A stretch of DNA of 53,242 nt from Nemertoderma westbladi (taxonomy: Eukaryota > Animalia > Xenacoelomorpha). Location: NCBI GenBank assembly GCA_032718475.1, contig JAUCBJ010008090.1, positions 1-53,242 of the forward strand. The letters are read 5' to 3'. The notes under the pieces were generated by a model. It ran no database searches, was not told where the DNA came from, and worked only from the letters and a program-made list of their open reading frames with translations. Position numbers and translations under genes: made by a program. Positions 25,501-39,300 of the stretch are shown piece after piece; the first letter of the stretch is position 1; each line of letters starts with the position of its first letter.

Positions 25501-28500
25501 TACGTCGACCAACGCCACTAGTTTACCAGGTTCCATACTGTTACGTAGACCCACGCCACTAGTTTACCAGGTTCCATATTGTTACGTTGTCCCACGCCAC
25601 TAGTTTACCAGGTTCCATATTGTTACATCGACCCACGCCACTAGTTTACCAGGTTCCATACTGTTACGTAGACCCACGCCACTAGTTTACCAGGTTCCAT
25701 ATTGTTACGTCGTCCCACGCCATTAGTTTACCAGGTTCCATATTGTTACATCGACCCACGCCACTAGTTTACCAGGTTCCATATTGTTACGTCGTCCCAC
25801 GCCACTAGTTTACCAGGTTCCATATTGTTACATCGACCCACGCCACTAGTTTACCACGTTCCATACTGTTACGTAGACCCACGCCACTAGTTTACCAGGT
25901 TCCATATTGTTACGTCGTCCCACGCCACTAGTTTACCAGGTTCCATATTGTTACATCGACCCACGCCACTAGTTTACCAGGTTCCATACTGTTACGTAGA
26001 CCCACGCCACTAGTTTACCAGGTTCCATATTGTTACATCGACCCACGCCACTAGTTTACCAGGTTCCATATTGTTACGTCGTCCCACGCCACTAGTTTAC
26101 CAGGTTCCATATTGTTACATCGACCCACGCCACTAGTTTACCAGGTTCCATATTGTTACATTGACCCACGCCACTAGTTTACCAGGTTCCATATTGTTAC
26201 ATCGACCCACGCCACTAGTTTACCAGGTTCCATACTGTTACGTAGACCCACGCCACTAGTTTACCAGGTTCCATATTGTTACGTCGTCCCACGCCACTAG
26301 TTTACCAGGTTCCATATTGTTACGTCGTCCCACGCCACTAGTTTACCAGGTTCCATATGTTACGTCGTCCCACGCCACTAGTTTACCAGGTTCCATACTG
26401 TTACGTAGACCCACGCCACTAGTTTACCAGGTTCCATATTGTTACGTCGTCCCACGCCACTAGTTTACCAGGTTCCATACTGTTACGTAGACCCACGCCA
26501 CTAGTTTACCAGGTTCCATATTGTTACATCGACCCACGCCACTAGTTTACCAGGTTCCATATTGTTACGTCGTCCCACGCCACTATTTTACCAGGTTCCA
26601 TATTGTTACATCGACCCACGCCACTAGTTTACCAGGTTCCATACTGCTACGTAGACCCACGCCACTAGTTTACCAGGTTCCATACTGTTACGTAGACCCA
26701 CGCCACTAGTTTACCAGGTTCCATATTGTTACGTCGTCCCACGCCACTAGTTTACCAGGTTCCATATTGTTACGTCGTCCCACGCCACTAGTTTACCAGG
26801 TTCCATACTGTTACGTAGACCCACGCCACTAGTTTACCAGGTTCCATATTGTTACGTCGTCCCACGCCACTAGTTTACCAGGTTCCATATTGTTACATCG
26901 ACCCACGCCACTAGTTTACCAGGTTCCATACTGTTACGTAGACCCACGCCACTAGTTTACCAGGTTCCATATTGTTACGTCGTCCCACGCCACTAGTTTA
27001 CCAGGGTTCCATATTGTTACGTCGTCCCACGCCACTAGTTTACCAGGTTCCATACTGTTACGTCGTCCCACGCCACTAGTTTACCAGGTTCCATATTGTT
27101 ACATCGACCCACGCCACTAGTTTACCAGGTTCCATATTGTTACGTCGTCCCACGCCACTAGTTTACCAGGTTCCATATTGTTACGTCGTCCCACGCCACT
27201 AGTTTACCAGGTTCCATATTGTTACATCGACCCACGCCACTAGTTTACCAGGTTCCATATGTTACGTCGTCCCACGCCACTAGTTTACCAGGGTTCCATA
27301 TTGTTACGTCGTCCCACGCCACTAGTTTACCAGGTTCCATACTGTTACGTCGTCCCACGCCACTAGTTTACCAGGTTCAATACTGTTACGTCGTCCCACG
27401 CCACTAGTTTACCAGGTTCCACATTGTTACATCGACCCACGCCACTAGTTTACCAGGTTCCATATTGTTACGTCGTCCCACGCCACTAGTTTACCAGGTT
27501 CCATATTGTTACGTCGTCCCACGCCACTAGTTTACCAGGTTCCATATTGTTACATCGACCCACGCCACTAGTTTACCAGGTTCCATATTGTTACATCGAC
27601 CCACGCCACTAGTTTACCAGGTTCCATATTGTTACGTCGTCCCACGCCACTAGTTTACCAGGTTCCATATTGTTACGTCGTCCCACGCCACTAGTTTACC
27701 AGGTTCCATATTGTTACGTCGTCCCACGCTACTAGTTTACCAGGTTCCATATTGTTACGTCGTCCCACGCCACTAGTTTACCAGGTTCCATATTGTTACG
27801 TAGACCCACGCCACTACTTTACCAGGTTCCATATTGTTACGTCGTCCCACGCCACTAGTTTACCAGGTTCCATATTGTTACGTCGTCCCACGCCACTAGT
27901 TTACCAGGTTCCATATTGTTACGTCGTCCCACGCCACTAGTTTACCAGGTTCCATATGTTACGTCGTCCCACGCCACTAGTTTACCAGGTTCCATATTGT
28001 TACGTCGTCCCACGCTACTAGTTTACCAGGTTCCATATTGTTACGTCGTCCCACGCCACTAGTTTACCAGGTTCCATATTGTTACGTCGTCCCACGCCAC
28101 TAGTTTACCAGGTTCCATATTGTTACATCGACCCACGCTACTAGTTTACCAGGTTCCATATTGTTACGTCGTCCCACGCCACTAGTTTACCAGGTTCCAT
28201 ATGTTACGTCGTCCCACGCCACTAGTTTACCAGGTTCCATATTGTTACGTAGACCCACGCCACTAGTTTACCAGGTTCCATATTGTTACGTCGTCCCACG
28301 CTACTAGTTTACCAGGTTCCATATTGTTACGTCGTCCCACGCTACTAGTTTACCAGGTTCCATATTGTTACGTCGTCCCACGCCACTAGTTTACCAGGTT
28401 CCATATGTTACGTCGTCCCACGCCACTAGTTTACCAGGTTCCATATTGTTACGTCGTCCCACGCCACTAGTTTACCAGGTTCCATATGTTACGTCGTCCC

Positions 28501-31500
28501 ACGCCACTAGTTTACCAGATACTGTTACGTAGACCCACGCCACTAGTTTACCAGGTTCCATACTGTTACGTCGTCCCACGCCACTAGTTTACCAGGTTCC
28601 ATATTGTTACATCGACCCACGCCACTAGTTTACCAGGTTCCATATTGTTACGTCGACCAACGCCACTAGTTTACCAGGTTCCATACTGTTACGTAGACCC
28701 ACGCCACTAGTTTACCAGGTTCCATATTGTTACGTTGTCCCACGCCACTAGTTTACCAGGTTCCATATTGTTACATCGACCCACGCCACTAGTTTACCAG
28801 GTTCCATACTGTTACGTAGACCCACGCCACTAGTTTACCAGGTTCCATATTGTTACGTCGTCCCACGCCATTAGTTTACCAGGTTCCATATTGTTACATC
28901 GACCCACGCCACTAGTTTACCAGGTTCCATATTGTTACGTCGTCCCACGCCACTAGTTTACCAGGTTCCATATTGTTACATCGACCCACGCCACTAGTTT
29001 ACCACGTTCCATACTGTTACGTAGACCCACGCCACTAGTTTACCAGGTTCCATATTGTTACGTCGTCCCACGCCACTAGTTTACCAGGTTCCATATTGTT
29101 ACATCGACCCACGCCACTAGTTTACCAGGTTCCATACTGTTACGTAGACCCACGCCACTAGTTTACCAGGTTCCATATTGTTACATCGACCCACGCCACT
29201 AGTTTACCAGGTTCCATATTGTTACGTCGTCCCACGCCACTAGTTTACCAGGTTCCATATTGTTACATCGACCCACGCCACTAGTTTACCAGGTTCCATA
29301 TTGTTACATCGACCCACGCCACTAGTTTACCAGGTTCCATATTGTTACATCGACCCACGCCACTAGTTTACCAGGTTCCATACTGTTACGTAGACCCACG
29401 CCACTAGTTTACCAGGTTCCATATTGTTACGTCGTCCCACGCCACTAGTTTACCAGGTTCCATATTGTTACGTCGTCCCACGCCACTAGTTTACCAGGTT
29501 CCATATGTTACGTCGTCCCACGCCACTAGTTTACCAGGTTCCATACTGTTACGTAGACCCACGCCACTAGTTTACCAGGTTCCATATTGTTACGTCGTCC
29601 CACGCCACTAGTTTACCAGGTTCCATACTGTTACGTAGACCCACGCCACTAGTTTACCAGGTTCCATATTGTTACATCGACCCACGCCACTAGTTTACCA
29701 GGTTCCATATTGTTACGTCGTCCCACGCCACTAGTTTACCAGGTTCCATATGTTACGTCGTCCCACGCCACTAGTTTACCAGGTTCCATATGTTACGTCG
29801 TCCCACGCCACTAGTTTACCAGGTTCCATATTGTTACGTCGTCCCACGCCACTAGTTTACCAGGTTCCATATTGTTACGTCGTCCCACGCTACTAGTTTA
29901 CCAGGTTCCATATTGTTACGTCGTCCCACGCCACTAGTTTACCAGGTTCCATATTGTTACGTCGTCCCACGCCACTAGTTTACCAGGTTCCATATTGTTA
30001 CGTCGTCCCACGCTACTAGTTTACCAGGTTCCATATTGTTACGTCGTCCCACGCCACTAGTTTACCAGGTTCCATATGTTACGTCGTCCCACGCTACTAG
30101 TTTACCAGGTTCCATATTGTTACGTCGTCCCACGCCACTAGTTTACCAGGTTCCATATTGTTACGTCGTCCCACGCCACTAGTTTACCAGGTTCCATATT
30201 GTTACGTCGTCCCACGCCACTAGTTTACCAGGTTCCATATTGTTACGTCGTCCCACGCTACTAGTTTACCAGGTTCCATATTGTTACGTCGTCCCACGCC
30301 ACTAGTTTACTAGGTTTCATATTGTTACGTAGACCCACGCCACTACTTTACCAGGTTCCATATTGTTACGTCGTCCCACGCCACTAGTTTACCAGGTTCC
30401 ATATTGTTACGTCGTCCCACGCCACTAGTTTACCAGGTTCCATATTGTTACGTCGTCCCACGCCACTAGTTTACCAGGTTCCATATGTTACGTCGTCCCA
30501 CGCCACTAGTTTACCAGGTTCCATATTGTTACGTCGTCCCACGCTACTAGTTTACCAGGTTCCATATTGTTACGTCGTCCCACGCCACTAGTTTACCAGG
30601 TTCCATATTGTTACGTCGTCCCACGCCACTAGTTTACCAGGTTCCATATTGTTACATCAACCCACGCTACTAGTTTACCAGGTTCCATATTGTTACGTCG
30701 TCCCACGCCACTAGTTTACCAGGTTCCATATGTTACGTCGTCCCACGCCACTAGTTTACCAGGTTCCATATTGTTACGTAGACCCACGCCACTAGTTTAC
30801 CAGGTTCCATATTATTACGTCGTCCCACGCTACTAGTTTACCAGGTTCCATATTGTTACGTCGTCCCACGCTACTAGTTTACCAGGTTCCATATTGTTAC
30901 GTCGTCCCACGCCACTAGTTTACCAGGTTCCATATGTTACGTCGTCCCACGCCACTAGTTTACCAGGTTCCATATTGTTACGTCGTCCCACGCCACTAGT
31001 TTACCAGGTTCCATATGTTACGTCGTCCCACGCCACTAGTTTACCAGATACTGTTACGTAGACCCACGCCACTAGTTTACCAGGTTCCATACTGTTACGT
31101 CGTCCCACGCCACTAGTTTACCAGGTTCCATATTGTTACATCGACCCACGCCACTAGTTTACCAGGTTCCATATTGTTACGTCGACCAACGCCACTAGTT
31201 TACCAGGTTCCATATTGTTACGTCGTCCCACGCCACTAGTTTACCAGGTTCCATATTGTTACGTCGTCCCACGCCACTAGTTTACCAGGTTCCATATTGT
31301 TACGTCGACCAACGCCACTAGTTTACCAGGTTCCATATTGTTACGTCGTCCCACGCCACTAGTTTACCAGGTTCCATATTGTTACGTAAACCCACGCCAC
31401 TAGTTTACCAGGTTCTATATAGTTACGTAGACCCACGCCACTAGTTTACCAGGTTCCATATTGTTACGTAGACCCACGCCACTAGTTTACCAGGTTCCAT

Positions 31501-31622
31501 ATTGTTACGTCATCCCACGCCACTAGTTTACCAGGTTCCATATTGTTACGTAGACCCACGCCACTAGTTTACCAGGTTCCATATTGTTACGTCGTCCCAC
31601 GCCACTAGTTTACCAGGTTCCA
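19501..31622. repeat. Satellite array, 41-bp monomer ACTAGTTTACCAGGTTCCATATTGTTACGTCGTCCCACGCC, ~295 copies
   Basis: Uninterrupted head-to-tail monomers with three main variants and no unique spacers. Confidence 0.99.
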
Positions 31623-31925
31623 CAGGCCCGTATGGTGATCATAATATCTGGGGGGGCAGAGGCCAAATCTGGGGGGGCAAACCCATAACTGGGATTTGGG
31701 GAGCATACAACAAAGTGAGAGTTAATTTAGTATATAAAGTATAATCAATATTGTTGAAAGGTGTGTGGGGCAAGCCACGAAGTTGGCGGAGTCTTGGCGA
31801 ATTGACACTGTTAAGGAGAATGTCAATAATGGCAAATAGTTGTTGACATTTGACATTAAATCTTTGTCAGATTTAAAGCTGTCGAATTGAAAATTTGTAG
31901 GCATAAATATGTTTTTATTTTTTTA

Positions 31926-32408
31926 TTTGATTTGGGGATGACAGGAAATATTCCCACAGGCACATGGCCAGTTCCCGCCCTTGGTGCAAGTGATTCATAT
32001 TCCCCATTTTTGTGATGATCAACTTCTATTATTCCTACTGCATTGATATTTATGCTCAATAGAACCGATATGACCGATTTAGTTGTTGTAGACACCTTCA
32101 AAACAAGCATAGAGCGAATAGTTTTTGAGATATTGCAGATAATGTGAAGTGCGATAATGCGAATTAGCGCCTTGATGCGATATTGACAAATACCTGACAA
32201 ATATCTCAAAAACTATTCGCTCTATGCTTGTTTTGAAGGTGTCTACTACAACTAAATCGGTCATTGCGGTTCTAAATGAGCATAATATCAATGCAGTAGG
32301 AATACTAGAAGTTGATCATCACAAAAATGGGGAATATGACTCACTTGCACCAAGGGCGGGAACTTGCCATGTGCCTGTGGGAATATTTCCTGTCATTCCC
32401 AAATCAAA
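31926..32408. repeat. Long inverted repeat, ~209-bp arms with 65-bp spacer
   Basis: 31926-32134 is the near reverse complement of 32200-32408, as reflected in the mirror ORFs 31856..32209(-) and 32224..32469(+). Confidence 0.93.
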
Positions 32409-33110
32409 ATTTTGGTATCTATTGAAGTTTGGGCTCATTTTATTACATCTGATTTGCGAACTGAGTTGAAATTCAAAAAAGTTTTTCGTTGATATTGAAT
32501 GGTACAGGTACAAAACACGATGAGGTGAAGTTTGACCTCAAAGTCAATATGTGTAGGCCCCTATAAATTGTAAAATTGAATAGACCCCCTTGCAAATTTG
32601 TACATTTTTGTTTTTCTAATTGGAGGTAGGCTACTATAAAGTAATAAATGTCACAAAATTTCGAGATAAAATATCAATGTGTGATAAAATTGTGTAAGTT
32701 TAAATCTTCGATGGGTCAATAATGACCCCAAAGAGAGCACAAGGGTTAAATCGACTGCAGTTTTGCAAGCCTCTGGCTGGTGTAAAGTGATCAAGGGCAT
32801 CTGCTTAGATTTTGCGTATTTTTCTTTCAAGATTACACTTACATAAGTTTATATTACGTGCTGCGCGAAGGATCCACTTCAGGTATAATATGGTTAAGGT
32901 TAAGTTACAACAAATTATAGCTATGGATACCAGCGCAATCAACCCTCAGCGCCAAGCCTTTTAGCTGCAAGCTGGCTCCCAAACTACAAACAATTAGACA
33001 ATGGGTCAACAACAAACAACCCCTCCACCCTGGTAGCCAATGAGAGAACCTTAGAGCTTTCGAGTATTTTTAGTAATTACAGGTAGGTAGGTATATTAAT
33101 GTCATGTAGT

Positions 33111-33171
33111 ATTATAGAATTGGACCAAATGGAATGGTTCCCCACCATTCCATTTGGTCCAATTCTATAAT
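33111..33171. repeat. Perfect 28-bp-stem palindrome with 5-nt loop
   Basis: ATTATAGAATTGGACCAAATGGAATGGT-TCCCC-ACCATTCCATTTGGTCCAATTCTATAAT. Confidence 0.95.
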
Positions 33172-33369
33172 GGGTCAGTGTGTAACGTGTAAAGTGTGTA
33201 TAACGGTCAGTGGGCAGGAGTATGTGAATCCAATTTTATTGATTACCAACAATATTATTATTAATTAATTGTGAATAAGACGAGTGAACAATACATGTCT
33301 GGGGGGGGGGCAGTGGGTCTTGTCTGGGGGGGCAGTGCCCCCAAAGCCCCCCCGCACGATACGGGCCTG

Positions 33370-33440
33370 AGGTTCCATATTGTTACGTCGACCCACGCCA
33401 CTAGTTTACCAGGTTCCATATTGTTACGTGGTCCCACGAC
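33370..33440. repeat. Terminal ~1.7 monomers of the 41-bp satellite
   Basis: Array resumes in register after the hAT-like element and decays at GTGGTCCCACGAC. Confidence 0.95.
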
Positions 33441-34479
33441 ACCTATAAGTCTCTACACGCCCTGTAAGCGTCGTCCTTCCATCGTAGCTGCAATGAACCT
33501 GTAAGATAATATTATATGAAATTATAATTTGTGTCGATAGAACGCGAGCTGTACAGAGTAGATCTACAGCAAATAAACCAATAATAATAATAACATAAAA
33601 TAATATCATTAGTGTTATGTTAAGTTATTATTATTATAGCAGGTGTTGTTAGTGGTATTACTATTACGTAGTATTCGTCTCCAAACTTCGTTGGGAGATT
33701 GTTAATCCGCCGTCTCTTAATTCACACATCGAAGATTGGGACTCATAATCCCTCGGATTAATAGATTGCAAATTCTCACGAAAATCAATAGATATAAACA
33801 AACAGTTAATACAAACAAAGTTCAAACCACGATGGGGGGGGGGGGGGGGGGTTATATTGCAAGGGGCCGGTTCTTAAAATACTAAAGTACTAAGTACTCA
33901 CGGCAGTACCGATGCCGTAATCGAACGACCATCGGGTTCACTTTGTTGGATCCGCCGAATAACACATCGCATGTCGATCAGCCCACTCGCCAACATCTCA
34001 CCCGTTGGTAGGCCGGCGAACTGGTTCACTCGTGTATGTGCGGATCCGACTTATCTAACAAAGAAAACCAACAGTTTAATACGAAGATCCTCGAATAAAC
34101 TTCCTACCGGTAACGCAGTAACAGTAGCTGACAACCATACAAACAACCAGCTAATAACTACCGTACTCGGCGTACTGCCGTATTCGGGAAATTAAACTCA
34201 CCGATTTCATCGAGATCGCTCCTGTTTATCAATCGATTATACTCAGTAGAGGCATCCAATATTACCAACAACCATCCAAAAACTACAGAAAGTGCGCGGG
34301 AACTCCCAGCCAGCTAGCTCCACACCAGCAGAGACTTGACCAATAATGGGCAGGATTAAATTTGTAATCAATAATTGTGCCGTTTAATTACGTTTAGATC
34401 AATTAAAGACACATTTATTAAAGCAAATCACTTGAACTAATTAACACTAGAACGGCCAAATCTTATCACTACCAATTAA

Positions 34480-35331
34480 CCCTATTCCACCGGGGGTTGG
34501 GCAGAATCTGCCCAACACTTTTTATTTTTAGAAATTCATGATGATGATTTTTATGTATTATTATGAAATTCATTGACTTTTCCTAGAATTTAATTGGTTT
34601 TCTGATGGTATCAAAATATTTTTTTCATCATTTATACTTTTTGGGCTATGGTGTGTTTTTCATATCATAGTCACATTTTTTTATTATAATATCTTTATTA
34701 GCCTAACTGGTAGAAAAGATAATCCCTGGTTGGATAGTTCCCCTGGTCAACAAGCTAGAATGCAACCAATTACGTTCCAGGACATTCACTTGGCTGGGTT
34801 GTAAAGTTAAATTCAAACACAAGATTGTCTACTGCTAGGATTAGTACACATCAACACATCAATCACATTAATTTTTAATAACAAAATACTAAACTGACAG
34901 ATAAGCAAGCAATAAGTCTACTAGGATAAAACAACAACCACCATTGAACCCAGTATATTCCTAATGTAATACAGCAGACATAAACAGAGGTGAATAAATC
35001 TATTCAATAACAGCACCCCTGCAAGCAAAACTTGGGATGTCTGGCGCAGAGTTAGGCAGACAGTGGTGTTGGGAGGAGTATGTATAGTATTATCTCATCT
35101 TTTTACTATAATGGGTTATCTTCATGATAATTAATTTATATGGATATATTATTTTAAATTATGAATATATAAAACTCAGAACAGATGCATTATATATTTT
35201 TCTATAAACCTGCGAAAATTTGGAAAGTTTTGATAAAATTATCATTACTTTTTAGTATATAATAAACTGTTGGGCATATTATGCCCAACCCCAGGTGGAA
35301 TCTCGGATAAAAGAGCCCAGGTGGAATAGGG
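34480..35331. mobile_element. Non-autonomous piggyBac-like element
   Basis: TTAA on both sides (34476-34479 and 35332-35335), TIRs CCCTATTCCACC / GGTGGAATAGGG, and asymmetric subterminal GTTGGGCA..TGCCCAAC palindromes. Confidence 0.9.
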
Positions 35332-35891
35332 TTAAGCCGCGTACATCAATTGATGTAAATGCACGCTTTGCATCGAAGCACTTACCTACCAAATGGAATG
35401 CGTTTTTATTGAAGTGTGCATCGTGTATAATGCGCATATGATCAACACACCAACTACGTGTATATTGCACGAAAATATTATTATAACTACCGGTATGCCC
35501 ATATTATTATAAATATTATTACTATGCCCAGCCCCAGCCCAAATAACAGATTCAAAGATCCTTTTGCAATCTGCCACTTTTTACTATCCGTGTGGCATCT
35601 TTGTATATCAACCTAGTTTTATACTTGGTAGCCTGCATACAGCCTATATGCCTAGGCCTATACATATGCCAAGGTTTGTACATGTATATCAACCTAGGTT
35701 TATAGGCACTTTTTCGGTATTCCCCCGCATTTTTACTGTTTGTAATATACAAATGCTACCGGTACTGAATTTTAACAACAATATTTCAATATTTAGTGCT
35801 TCCTCGCATTCCCTTGGGGTTTCGGTTAGTTTTTTGGTTAAGGTTCATTGGTCAGGCCGTAACCGTAATTAAAAGTGTTATATAACCCTAA

Positions 35892-36265
35892 GGGGCCGTC
35901 CAAGTATGACGTCAGCACTTTAGGGTGGGGAGGGGGGTTGGGAAAATCTGATGACGTGCTGATGAGGGGAGGGGAGGGGGTCAGCCAAAATCTGACGTCA
36001 GCATTCTCATTTATAGGTGCTAGAAGAGATATAGCAGAAGAGTAAATAGCTTGCCTATTTTAATTGTTCGAAGCCCTAGAAGGCCCGTAGCACAACCTTC
36101 TGTTTCAGTTACCAGTCACCATATTTCAGTGATTAGCACGCGAAAATTTTTTTAATCTGATTTAGGGGAGGGGGTTGTCAACGCCTATCTGATGACATCT
36201 GATTTAGGGGAGGGAGGGGGTCAACATTTTGGAGAAAAGTGCAGACGTCATACTTGGACGGCCCC
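35892..36265. mobile_element. PIF/Harbinger-like MITE
   Basis: TIRs GGGGCCGTCCAAGTATGACGTC / GACGTCATACTTGGACGGCCCC with TAA TSD (35889-35891 and 36266-36268). Confidence 0.9.
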
Positions 36266-36356
36266 TAACCCTAAGTCATGACGCTCTAATTTAAGAAATT
36301 TTGTGGAATTTCGGACATATTGCTATTTAGCCCGATTTGGGCCGACACACTGTAAC

Positions 36357-39300
36357 CTGAAAGAATTGCTCAACTACATCGACGCCTTACGGCAAATTCT
36401 TCAGCTAAAGAAATGTATCAAATGCAGTTGAAGAAATTTATTAGCAAGGGATATGCGGAGCGAGTACCGGAAGAAACACCTATAACTGAGAGAACGTATT
36501 ATTTAACTCACCATTACGTTCCCAAACCCGGTAAACCTCACGAAGTACGAGTAGTGTTTGACGGCTCCGCCCTCTACATGGGTCAATCCCTTAATTCCGA
36601 ATTGTTACCCGGACCCAACTTACTCCAATCCTTGTTGGGAATACTCTTAAGATTAAGACAATATTCCGTTGCTTTCGCCTCAGATATAGAAGGCATGTTC
36701 TTACAAGTCAAGGCACTGGATAGGGATCGAGATAGCCTACGATTTCTGTGGTGGCCTGAAGGAGACCTCAACCAGAAACCGGTAGAGTACTGGATGACCA
36801 TCCAGGCTTTTGGAATAATCTCAAGCCCTTCAAACGCCTGTTCAGTGGTGCGTACCACTGCGGATGACAATCGGGAAGCCTTCTCTAAAGAGGTGATCGA
36901 CAATATCAAACGAGACATATACATGGACGATAATCTAAAGTCCCTTCCATCAGTCAAAGAAGCCATTGATGTCGCTAAAGGAACGGTAGAGTGCTTAAGA
37001 AGAGGTGGATTTCGATTAACTAAATTCACCAGCAACTCCCGTGAGTTTCTGGAATCGATCCCGGTGGAAGATCGAGGAGCGAAAGACTTAGACCTAATCA
37101 AAGATGATCTTCCAGAAACTAAGATACTTGGTTTGAAATGGGACACAGAGAAGGATATCCTGTTTTTCCAGCTAAAACAGCGAGATAATCCAGTTCGAAC
37201 TAAACGGATTTGTTTAAGTATCCTGAGCACTTATTTCGATCCATTGGGATTTATTAGCCCAGTTATATTGATTGCTTGGAGTTTAGTACAACAAATGTGG
37301 CTTGAAAACCACTCATGGGACGATCCACTTAAGGGAGAATTATTAAAGAAGTGGATGAAATGGGAAGATTCTTTACCAGCCATCGAGAACTTTATAATTT
37401 CCCGTTCATATTTTGGTCATGTTCTCCCTACGTATTCCTATCAACTCCATGTGTTTGGAGACGCTAGCGATATGGGAATAGGTATAGTAGCCTACCTAAG
37501 AGTGGAAACTCCAGATGGAATCAAGGTTGCCTTGGTTACCTCTAAGGCATTGATAAACAACAAGTTGAAGGTTCCTCGAGCGGAGTTAAAGGCGGCTCTA
37601 TACGCTACAGCCATCGGTCGGAATGTAACAGAACAGATCGATTATCCATTGGAGAAAACTGTCTATTGGACCGACGCTTTACTCGTGTTGGAGTATATAA
37701 CCAATGAAGTCTGTCAGTTCAGCGTCTTCGTTACCAACAGAGTAGCCATTATACTTAGTCGCACGACGATGGACCAATGGAGACATTGCCCCGGAACGAT
37801 CAATCCAGCCGACATCGCCTCCAGGGGAGCAACTCCACAAGAACTGGTAGATACTCCAGACTGGTTAGGTGGACCCGACTTCCTGTACAAAGAAGAAGAA
37901 GAATGGCCTCCTCATCTTACTACAGCAGAGATTAGACAGGCCAAGGGAGCGGAGAAAGTTAAACCTAAAACTCGGGCGAGTAAATCGAAGTTATTTAAAC
38001 CTATGGTAGACCTGTCCGTACTACATACTTCCGGAGACGACGCTTTGGATCAGAAACCCACAGCCGTAAACAAGCAGGTTATGGAAATCCGTGAGAAGGA
38101 TTGGAAATCTGGAATACCAGACGTTTCGCAAGGACTCTCACCTCTCCTGCAGAGAGCGATACATCACTACAGTTCCTGGAATCGGCTCTGTAAAGCCGTT
38201 ACATATTTGAAACGATGTTTTCATCATCACTACTCCGGGACAAAGACCAATAGTGATACAGCTCCACTGACATCGGTGCAGGTCCATGTTGCTAAAGATC
38301 TTCCCAAATATAAGATACCCGACAGGTTTCTGAAGGAGAAGATCAGTTATCAGGAGCATGAAGAAACCAACAAACAGATGCTGAGACTCCTGCAATGCTA
38401 TGAGGATTCCGATAAGTATTTCCTGTTGTTGAGAAATCCACAGATGCGCTTAAGGGATCGTTTCTCTAGAACAATGATAGATGGGTTAATACGTGTTGGA
38501 GGAAGATTAACGAATGCTCCATTATCCTTTGACACTAAGTTTCCCATACTCATTAGAAATCTTGAAATACAAGTCAAGATGATTGTAGATGTTCACAGCA
38601 AACTTTATCATGCTGGTATTGAACGAGTTCTTAGCGAAATTCGAACTCGCTATTATTTCTACAAACCCCGTAGAGCTCTGAACCAAGTTCTTAGGAACTG
38701 CATACCCTGTAGGAAAGCGTTCAGTAGGCCTTTAACACAGCGAGAGGCAGAATTACCTAGGGAAAGAGTAAGCTTCTATGAACCACCCTTTACTAATACC
38801 GGTGTAGATTTATTTGGCCCTATTGAAGTGTATCGTGCTAGAACTATAGTCAAGAGATGGTGTGTCATCTTTGTTTGTATGACTTGTAGAGCTATCCATC
38901 TCGATATGGTGAACGACTTGTCTACCAACAGCTTCCTATTAAGCTTACGACGACAGATCGCTCGCTTTGGAACTAGTAACACAATGAGATCTGATAAGGG
39001 AACGAACTTCATTGGTGCCAACAATGAAATCAAAGCTTACGTCAAGGATTGGAACCAAAGACAGGTGGATGATCAGCTAAGAGTAACAGCGTCTAGCTGG
39101 ACCTTCAATGCCGCCGACGCCCCTTGGTGGGGAGGAAGTTGGGAGAGATTGATTAGAAGTGTGAAGACTGCATTTCACGTTATAGTGCCTTGCCGCGCGT
39201 ATCTCACAGACGAACTTTTGCGGACGTTAATGGAGGAAATCGCCGCCTATCTCAACGAGAGACCGCTTATGCCAGTCTCATTGAGTCCCGATTCCCTGGA

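Larger units (their letters stand above)
31623..33369. mobile_element. Non-autonomous hAT-like element inserted in a satellite monomer
   Basis: TIRs CAGGCCCGTAT / ATACGGGCCTG, 8-bp TSD AGGTTCCA (31615-31622 and 33370-33377), and subterminal CTGGGGGGG(G)CA motifs at both ends. Confidence 0.92.

Noticed and set aside
24604-27940. 62-aa ORFs within the satellite
   Set aside because: Artefacts of variants that remove the TAG in ACTAGT; the monomer length is not a multiple of 3.
19501-31622. CRISPR array
   Set aside because: Monomers are contiguous with only point variants, there are no unique spacers and no cas genes, and the context is eukaryotic.
33700-34340. Possible LINE 5' UTR on the minus strand
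   Set aside because: Only compositional hints, with no linked ORF or boundary.
36583-37230. Antisense 215-aa ORF
   Set aside because: Shadow frame opposite the BEL RT with no motifs.
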